64,000 nucleotides of DNA from sequence record PZ154897.1, one strand, 5' to 3'. The DNA comes from a phage. The position numbers and the translations under genes are program-made. This document shows positions 57,477 to 64,000 of the stretch, one piece after another. The first letter of the stretch is position 1. The number at the start of each line of letters is the position of its first letter. The notes below the pieces were generated by a model. It made no database searches and was not told the origin of the DNA. It saw only the letters and a program-made list of their open reading frames with translations.

Positions 57477-58592
57477 ATGGAAAAATTTATGGCAGAGTTT
57501 GGACAAGGATATGTCCAAACGCCATTTTTATCGGAAAGTAATTCAGTAAGATATAAAATAAGTATAGCGGGTTCTTGCCCGCTTTCTACTGCAGGACCAT
57601 ACGTTAAATTTCAAGATAATCCTGTTGGAAGTCAAACATTTAGCGCAGGTCTTCATTTAAGAGTTTTTGACCCTTCCACCGGAGCATTAGTTGATAGTAA
57701 GTCATATGCTTTTTCTACTTCAAATGATACTACATCAGCTGCTTTTGTTAGTTTCATGAATTCTTTGACGAATAACAGACTTGTTGCTATATTAACTAGC
57801 GGAAAGGTTAATTTTCCTCCTGAAGTAGTATCTTGGCTAAGAACCGCAGGAACGTCTGCTTTTCCATCTGATTCTATATTGTCAAGATTTGACGTATCAT
57901 ATGCTGCTTTTTACACTTCTTCTAAAAGAGCTATTGCATTAGAGCATGTTAAATTAAGTAATAGAAAAAGCACAGACGACTATCAAACTATTTTAGATGT
58001 TGTATTTGACAGTTTAGAAGATGTTGGAGCTACCGGCTTTCCAAGAAGAACATATGAAAGCACCGAGCAATTTATGTCAGCAGTCGGTGGAACTAATAAT
58101 GAAATTGCGCGATTGCCAACTTCAGCTGCTATAAGTAAACTCTCTGATTATAATTTAATTCCTGGTGATGTTCTTTATCTTAAAGCTCAGTTATATGCTG
58201 ATGCCGATTTACTTGCTCTTGGAACTACAAATATATCTATCCGTTTTTATAATGCATCGAATGGATATATTTCTTCAACACAAGCTGAGTTTACCGGGCA
58301 AGCTGGGTCTTGGGAATTAAAAGAAGATTATGTAGTTGTTCCAGAAAACGCTGTGGGATTTACGATATACGCACAAAGAACAGCACAAGCTGGTCAAGGT
58401 GGCATGAGAAATTTAAGCTTTTCTGAAGTGTCAAGAAATGGAGGTATTTCGAAACCCGCTGAATTTGGCGTCAATGGCATTCGTGTTAATTATATCTGTG
58501 AATCTGCTTCACCTCCGGATATAATGGTACTTCCTACACAAGCATCGTCTAAAACTGGTAAAGTGTTTGGGCAAGAATTTAGAGAAGTATAA
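57477..58592 (+). CDS. 35: long tail fibre hinge protein gp35
   Basis: 371-aa ORF; synteny. Confidence 0.9.
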   Translation: MEKFMAEFGQGYVQTPFLSESNSVRYKISIAGSCPLSTAGPYVKFQDNPVGSQTFSAGLHLRVFDPSTGALVDSKSYAFSTSNDTTSAAFVSFMNSLTNNRLVAILTSGKVNFPPEVVSWLRTAGTSAFPSDSILSRFDVSYAAFYTSSKRAIALEHVKLSNRKSTDDYQTILDVVFDSLEDVGATGFPRRTYESTEQFMSAVGGTNNEIARLPTSAAISKLSDYNLIPGDVLYLKAQLYADADLLALGTTNISIRFYNASNGYISSTQAEFTGQAGSWELKEDYVVVPENAVGFTIYAQRTAQAGQGGMRNLSFSEVSRNGGISKPAEFGVNGIRVNYICESASPPDIMVLPTQASSKTGKVFGQEFREV

Positions 58593-58597
58593 ATTGA

Positions 58598-58620
58598 GGG
58601 AGCCTTCGGGTTCCCTTTTT
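58598..58620 (+). terminator. intrinsic terminator after gene 35
   Basis: GGGAGCC-TTCG-GGTTCCC followed by TTTTT. Confidence 0.75.
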
Positions 58621-58623
58621 CTT

Positions 58624-58631
58624 TATAAATA
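58624..58631 (+). promoter_or_regulatory. late promoter TATAAATA (P36)
   Basis: Exact late consensus 24 nt upstream of gene 36. Confidence 0.7.
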
Positions 58632-58654
58632 CTATTAAAATAAAGGGGCATACA

Positions 58655-59317
58655 ATGGCTGATTTAAAAGTAGGTTCAACAACTGGAGGCTCTGTCATTT
58701 GGCATCAAGGAAATTTTCCATTGAATCCAGCCGGTGACGATGTACTCTATAAATCATTTAAAATATATTCAGAATATAATAAACCACAAGCTGTTGATAA
58801 CGATTTCGTTTCTAAAGCTAATGGTGGTACTTACGCCGCGACTGTTCGATTTAATGGAGGCGTACATGTTCCTACTATAGGTAGTAGTCAACAGTGTGGC
58901 GTTTATCCAGGCAACGGTGATGCAGCTACTTTTGCTATGGCAAATATTGACATCGTTTCGTGGAATGGTATCGGTTTTAAATCATCACAAGGTTCAGCAG
59001 ACCGAACTGTTGTAATTAATGCACGTAATGGTGATATTAGTACAAAAGGCGTTGTGACAGCAGTAGGTCAAATAAGAAGTAATGCAGTTTCTCCTGTATC
59101 AGCAAATGACCTTACTAGAAAGGACTACGTTGATGGAGCAATAAATACTGTTACGGCAAATGCGAACTCTAGAGTGTTACGATCTGGCGACACTATGACG
59201 GGTAACTTAACCGCACCAAACTTTTTCTCGCAGAATCCTGCATCTCAACCTTCACACGTTCCACGATTTGACCAAATCGTAATTAAGGATTCTGTTCAAG
59301 ATTTCGGCTATTATTAA
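58655..59317 (+). CDS. 36: long tail fibre distal connector gp36
   Basis: 220-aa ORF; synteny. Confidence 0.9.
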   Translation: MADLKVGSTTGGSVIWHQGNFPLNPAGDDVLYKSFKIYSEYNKPQAVDNDFVSKANGGTYAATVRFNGGVHVPTIGSSQQCGVYPGNGDAATFAMANIDIVSWNGIGFKSSQGSADRTVVINARNGDISTKGVVTAVGQIRSNAVSPVSANDLTRKDYVDGAINTVTANANSRVLRSGDTMTGNLTAPNFFSQNPASQPSHVPRFDQIVIKDSVQDFGYY

Positions 59318-59325
59318 GAGGACTT

Positions 59326-62300
59326 ATGGCTACTTTAAAACAAATACAATTTAAAAGAAGCAAAACCGCAGGTGCACGTCCTGCTGCTTCAGTATTAGCC
59401 GAAGGTGAATTGGCTATAAACTTAAAAGATAGAACAATTTTTACTAAAGACGATTCAGGAAATATCATTGATTTAAGCATTTCTGCTGGCGGTAATATCA
59501 GTGGAAATATCACTCAAACTGGTGATTATACACAGACTGGAAAATTTAATTTAATTGGTCCGCAAATTGTAGCAAGCGGTGGATATATTGAGTTTAATTA
59601 TCGTACTACTGGAAGTGGGTCTTGGGCCGGTCAACACACCGCAAAAGCTCCAATTTTTGTAGATTTAAGCTCAGCTACTTCCACATCTGAATATAATCCT
59701 ATAATTAAACAACGCTTTAAAGATGGAACTTTTTCATTAGGTACTTTAGTTTCTGAAGGTTCGTTGAAGATTCATTATATCAATGAATCTGGCGATTCGA
59801 AATATTGGACGTTTCGACGTGATGGCGGATTTACTGTTGACGGCGGAGGTTTAGCAGTATCAGGAGGTAGTATAACTACATCTGGAAATATTGCAGCTCT
59901 CGGAAATATTACTTCACCTCAGATTAATACTAAAAATATTATTTTAGATACAAAAGCATTCGGACAATACGATTCGCAGTCATTAGTTCAATATGTTTAT
60001 CCTGGAACAGGCGAAGAAAATGGTATAAACTATCTTCGTAAAGTTCGAGCTAAATCAGGTGGAACTATTTACCATGAAATTGCTTCTGCGCAGACTGGTA
60101 AGAATGATGAAATTTCTTGGTGGACTGGAAATTCGCTTACTACTAAATTAATGGGTCTTCGTAATGATGGCGCAATGGTATTACGTCGTTCACTTGCTAT
60201 TGGCACAATTACCACTGATGAAAATACTAACAACTATGGTTCTCCTACTCCAATGGGAGAAAGATATATTGCTTTGGGTGATGCTGCAACTGGTTTAAAA
60301 TATATTAAGCAAGGCGTTTATGATTTAGTAGGTAATTGGAATTCTGTTGCTTCTATTACTCCTGATAGTTTCCGTAGTACTCGTAAAGCATTATTTGGAC
60401 GTTCAGAAGACCAAGGCGGAACCTGGACAATGCCTGGAACGAACGCTGCTCTCTTGTCTGTTCAAACCCAGGCAGATGTGAATAACGCAGGCGATGGTCA
60501 AACCCACATTGGATATAATTCTGGCGGTAAATTTTCCCATTATTTCCGCGGTAAAGGCCAAACCAACATTAATACGCAGGAAGGTATGGAAATTAACCCT
60601 GGTATTTTGAAATTGGTAACTGGCTCTAATAACGTACAGTTTTATGCTAACGGAACGGTATCTTCAATACAAAGAATTAAATTTGATAACGGAGTAATTC
60701 TTACTGGTGCTAGACCTGACGGTATTCAACTTGACGCTCCTACATCAGCAGATGGCACTAAAACTATACTGTGGGCTGGTGGTACTCGCGCAGGTCAGAA
60801 TAAAAGTTATGTATCTATTAAAGCATGGGGTAATTCATTTAACGCATCTGGCGATCGTGCTCGTGAAACAGTTTTTGAAGTGGCTGACGGGCAGGGATAT
60901 TATTTTTATGCACAACGCACTACTCCTGCATCAGGTCAAACAGTAGGTCCGGTTAACTTTAAATTTAACGGAACTGTCGAAACAGGCCATATCATAGGCC
61001 TTGGAAATATAAGTGCCTCCGGTACAGGTTCTTTTGGTGGCAATGTTACCATGTCTAATGGTTTGTTTGTCCAAGGTGGTTCTTCTATTACTGGGCAAGT
61101 TAAAATCGGCGGAACATCAGATGCATTAAGAATTTGGAATGCTGAATATGGCGCAATTTTCCGTCGTTCTGAAGATAAGTTTTATATTATTCCAACCCCA
61201 CAGAATGCGGGTGAATCAGGTGGCATTTCTAATTTACGTCCGTTCTATATTACATTAAGTAATGGTAAAGTTTCCATGGATCATGATGTAGATATCGGTG
61301 GCGGTAGATTTAAAGTAGAAGTGGCTGGAACAACATCAGGGCAACGTATTACAGTTAATATGGCATCAGATGCTATTAGACTAAATGCTCCAACGCAAGA
61401 GTCTTCTAACTTCATCCAAGGACGTAAAGCAGATGTTCCGAAATGGTATTTAGGTATTGGCGATGGCGGCAACGTCGTTCGTATGCACAGTTACACCTAC
61501 TCCCACGGTATTGCATTAAACTCTGATACGGTTGATATAGCTAAACCTCTTAGAATAGGTTCAGCTCAATTAGGTACTGATGGTAATATTACTGGCGGTT
61601 CTGGTAATTTTGCTAACTTGAATACCACAATAAATAACCTTAAGACGGATATTGTCTCAAGTTATCCAATTGGTGCTCCGATTCCTTGGCCTACTGATAC
61701 ACCTCCTGAAGGTTATGCCATCATGGAAGGTCAAACATTTGATGCCAACTTGTATCCTAAGTTAGCTGCGGTGTATCCTTCCGGCGCTCTGCCTGATATG
61801 CGTGGTCAAACTATCAAGGGTAAACCATCCGGGCGTGCTGTATTAAGTACAGAAGCAGACGGTGTTAAGTCACATAGCCATAGTGCAAGTGCATCAAACA
61901 CAGATTTGGGTACTAAGACCACTTCTAGTTTTGATTACGGCAGCAAAACGACTTCAAGCTTTGATTATGGTACTAAGACCAGTAATACCACTGGCAACCA
62001 TAACCATACAGTGAGTGGTAATACTGGTTCCGCTGGTGCTCACCAACATGCGCGTTCAGGCCCTCAGATGCAAGGCGGCATACCCACTAGCATATTCTAT
62101 GATGGATACAATAGTGCGGGTCCAAACGGCAACGCTAAAATCACTGGAACCGTGAGCGGTGCTACTGCATCGTCGAATATGGCCAAAACTTCTTCAGACG
62201 GTGCCCACACCCATAGTTGGTCTGGTACTACTAGCGCTACTGGTAACCATGCTCATACTGTGGGTATTGGTGCTCATACACACACTGTAGGCATTGGTGC

Positions 62301-62418
62301 TCATACTCACACGGTAGCTATTGGTTCCCATGGACATACAATAACTGTAAATGCCACAGGAAATACAGAAAACACAGTTAAAAACGTTGCTTTTAACTAT
62401 ATCGTTCGTTTAGCATAA
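59326..62418 (+). CDS. 37: long tail fibre distal subunit gp37 (receptor-binding tip with His-rich repeats)
   Basis: 1030-aa ORF; C-terminal HxH repeats [24 protein letters not shown]; synteny. Confidence 0.93.
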   Translation: MATLKQIQFKRSKTAGARPAASVLAEGELAINLKDRTIFTKDDSGNIIDLSISAGGNISGNITQTGDYTQTGKFNLIGPQIVASGGYIEFNYRTTGSGSWAGQHTAKAPIFVDLSSATSTSEYNPIIKQRFKDGTFSLGTLVSEGSLKIHYINESGDSKYWTFRRDGGFTVDGGGLAVSGGSITTSGNIAALGNITSPQINTKNIILDTKAFGQYDSQSLVQYVYPGTGEENGINYLRKVRAKSGGTIYHEIASAQTGKNDEISWWTGNSLTTKLMGLRNDGAMVLRRSLAIGTITTDENTNNYGSPTPMGERYIALGDAATGLKYIKQGVYDLVGNWNSVASITPDSFRSTRKALFGRSEDQGGTWTMPGTNAALLSVQTQADVNNAGDGQTHIGYNSGGKFSHYFRGKGQTNINTQEGMEINPGILKLVTGSNNVQFYANGTVSSIQRIKFDNGVILTGARPDGIQLDAPTSADGTKTILWAGGTRAGQNKSYVSIKAWGNSFNASGDRARETVFEVADGQGYYFYAQRTTPASGQTVGPVNFKFNGTVETGHIIGLGNISASGTGSFGGNVTMSNGLFVQGGSSITGQVKIGGTSDALRIWNAEYGAIFRRSEDKFYIIPTPQNAGESGGISNLRPFYITLSNGKVSMDHDVDIGGGRFKVEVAGTTSGQRITVNMASDAIRLNAPTQESSNFIQGRKADVPKWYLGIGDGGNVVRMHSYTYSHGIALNSDTVDIAKPLRIGSAQLGTDGNITGGSGNFANLNTTINNLKTDIVSSYPIGAPIPWPTDTPPEGYAIMEGQTFDANLYPKLAAVYPSGALPDMRGQTIKGKPSGRAVLSTEADGVKSHSHSASASNTDLGTKTTSSFDYGSKTTSSFDYGTKTSNTTGNHNHTVSGNTGSAGAHQHARSGPQMQGGIPTSIFYDGYNSAGPNGNAKITGTVSGATASSNMAKTSSDGAHTHSWSGTTSATGNHAHTVGIGAHTHTVGIGAHTHTVAIGSHGHTITVNATGNTENTVKNVAFNYIVRLA

Positions 62419-62422
62419 GGAG

Positions 62423-62444
62423 AAGGGACTTCTGTCCCTTTTTA
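62423..62444 (+). terminator. hairpin after gene 37
   Basis: AAGGGAC-TTCT-GTCCCTT followed by TTT. Confidence 0.65.
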
Positions 62445-62448
62445 TAAT

Positions 62449-63000
62449 ATGAAACTCTATCACTATTATTTTGACACTAAAGAATTTTACAAAGAAGAAA
62501 ATTATAAACCATTAAAAGGCGTAGGATTTCCGGCTCATTCGACACCAAAAAAACCTTTAGACCCTAAAGAAGGCTATGCTGTTATATTTGACGAACGCGA
62601 ACAAGAATGGGTTTATGTTGAAGACCATCGTGGAAAAACAGTATGGACATATGATAAGCAAAAAATTGTTATTGACACTCCAGGTGCTCTTCAAAATGTT
62701 ACTACAGAAGAACCTGGTGAATTTGACATTTGGACCGGCGACGGGTGGAAGGAAGATGAAGCATATAAACGCGTAGTTCAACGTGATAAGAAAATTCATG
62801 AACTCTATAAATTATTCAGTGTTTTAAGTTCTCTTATTGACGCAGAGGTTGCTAATAGAGAAGAAAAACGAAAATTTAAAGAGCTCAAAAAATTCTTTGC
62901 CCTTTTAGAAAAACATGAACATCTTGGCGGCGAATTCCCTAAATTCCCTGACCTTGAAAACAAATCTATTTTCAAAGCGATTATAAATATCTTTAAGTAA
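62449..63000 (+). CDS. 38: gp38, T4-type tail fibre assembly chaperone
   Basis: 183-aa ORF; T4 gp38 length and N-terminus MK(L/I)YHYYFDTKEFYKEENYKP by recall. Confidence 0.85.
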   Translation: MKLYHYYFDTKEFYKEENYKPLKGVGFPAHSTPKKPLDPKEGYAVIFDEREQEWVYVEDHRGKTVWTYDKQKIVIDTPGALQNVTTEEPGEFDIWTGDGWKEDEAYKRVVQRDKKIHELYKLFSVLSSLIDAEVANREEKRKFKELKKFFALLEKHEHLGGEFPKFPDLENKSIFKAIINIFK

Positions 63001-63009
63001 GGAGGTATT

Positions 63010-63669
63010 ATGGCAACACCAAAAGTATCATTTTCGCCTAGTGATATTCTATTTGGGTTGCTAGATCGTATTTTCAAAGATAACGCTACTGGAAAGGTTT
63101 TAATGTCACGAGTAGCGGTAATTATTCTTTTGTTCCTAATGGCACTAATATGGTACAAAGGAAGTATTTTGCTGGATTATTATGTAAGAGCTAAGTATGA
63201 TACTTATACTGAAATAATCCAAAAAGAACGAGCTTTACGTTTTGAATCTGCGGCTCTAGAACAACTGCAAATAGTTCATATCTCATCTGGTGCAGATTTT
63301 AGTGCTGTGTATTCTTTCAGACCTAAAAACTTAAATTATTTCGTCGACCTTATAGCTTATGAAGGCAAACTACCTAGCACAATTTCTGAAAAGTCCCTTG
63401 GTGGATTCCCAGTGGATAAAACGGCTAATGAATATATGGTTCATTTAAGTGGCCGTCATTTCTCATCTAAATCAGAATTTGCATTTTTGCCTACAAAATC
63501 TAAGACTGCCGAACTTTCTTATATGTATAGTTGTCCATACTTTAATTTGGATAACATCTACGCTGGAACTGTGACGATGTATTGGTATAAGGGGAGTAAT
63601 ATACTTGAGGAAGATCGCTTAGCGGCTATATGCAACCAAGCGATCCGAATACTAGGAAGGGCTAAATAA
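63010..63669 (+). CDS. t: holin T
   Basis: 219-aa ORF; single N-terminal TM helix; T4 holin length; strong SD AAGGAGG. Confidence 0.9.
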   Translation: MATPKVSFSPSDILFGLLDRIFKDNATGKVLMSRVAVIILLFLMALIWYKGSILLDYYVRAKYDTYTEIIQKERALRFESAALEQLQIVHISSGADFSAVYSFRPKNLNYFVDLIAYEGKLPSTISEKSLGGFPVDKTANEYMVHLSGRHFSSKSEFAFLPTKSKTAELSYMYSCPYFNLDNIYAGTVTMYWYKGSNILEEDRLAAICNQAIRILGRAK

Positions 63670-63942
63670 TTAGTTGTTAGAATACATCGCTAAATGACGA
63701 TAAATATTTTCAAAACCTTCATTGAATTCACTAATCAGTGTTTTCTTTTCTTCGGCAGTTAAATTTGTAATTAGTTTTCTGAACGAATTCTGATTTAGCT
63801 GCCGACCATCTTTTTTAATTCCAATCTCATTCAAGAATCCGATGAAACTTGCTCGGTCTTCAACAATATCTTCCCTAGAGAATTTAATCAAAATAGAAGC
63901 AATAGTAATAATTTCACGTACGATTTCAATGTCTTTATTCAT
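63670..63942 (-). CDS. asiA: AsiA anti-sigma70 factor
   Basis: 90-aa ORF; T4 AsiA length and sequence by recall. Confidence 0.9.
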   Translation of the reverse strand: MNKDIEIVREIITIASILIKFSREDIVEDRASFIGFLNEIGIKKDGRQLNQNSFRKLITNLTAEEKKTLISEFNEGFENIYRHLAMYSNN

Positions 63943-64000
63943 AACGTTTTATTCATTCCACTTAGTTGATATGGATATAGTACCATTATCAGTGTTGATT

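Noticed and set aside
61900-62350. Regularly spaced short repeats, considered as a possible CRISPR-like array
   Set aside because: Repeats are in-frame codon repeats inside the gp37 ORF (His boxes and SSFDYG units), with no unique spacers or cas context.

Overview
The window is a contiguous ~64 kb segment of a T4-like (Tevenvirinae) myovirus genome, identified from ORF lengths, gene order and protein sequences that match phage T4 as I recall them; no database search was run. It covers the late structural block (terminase 16/17, sheath 18, tube 19, portal 20, prohead core 67/68/21/22, capsid 23/24) on the + strand, a minus-strand group (rnlB, hoc, inh), uvsW/uvsY, baseplate hub genes 25-26-51-27-28-29-48-54, then a long minus-strand early region (alt, DNA ligase 30, 30.x, 31, cd, pseT, alc, rnlA, denA, nrdB, mobE-like HNH, nrdA, td with a group I intron, frd, 32, segG-like, 59, 33, dsbA, rnh), and finally tail fibre genes 34-38, holin t and asiA. 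No cellular genes, tRNAs or CRISPR arrays were seen. Regulatory signals are clear: TATAAATA late promoters upstream of late genes, GTTTAC-N17-TAnnAT early promoters and MotA-box middle promoters on the minus strand, and GC-rich hairpin terminators. I did not find a convincing undescribed system. The points most worth a second look are: gene 54 split by a frameshift at an A5/T5 run; gene 32 reading through into a downstream ORF (392 codons); an HNH homing endonuclease between uvsW and uvsW.1 that is paralogous to the mobE-like gene between nrdA and nrdB; an ORF-less 262-nt td group I intron with an intronless nrdB; a frameshifted partial tandem duplicate of the alt 5' end; a near-identical 53-bp early promoter/leader cassette present twice; and inverted repeats spanning the -10 of several early promoters. 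Small accessory ORFs are mostly called hypothetical.
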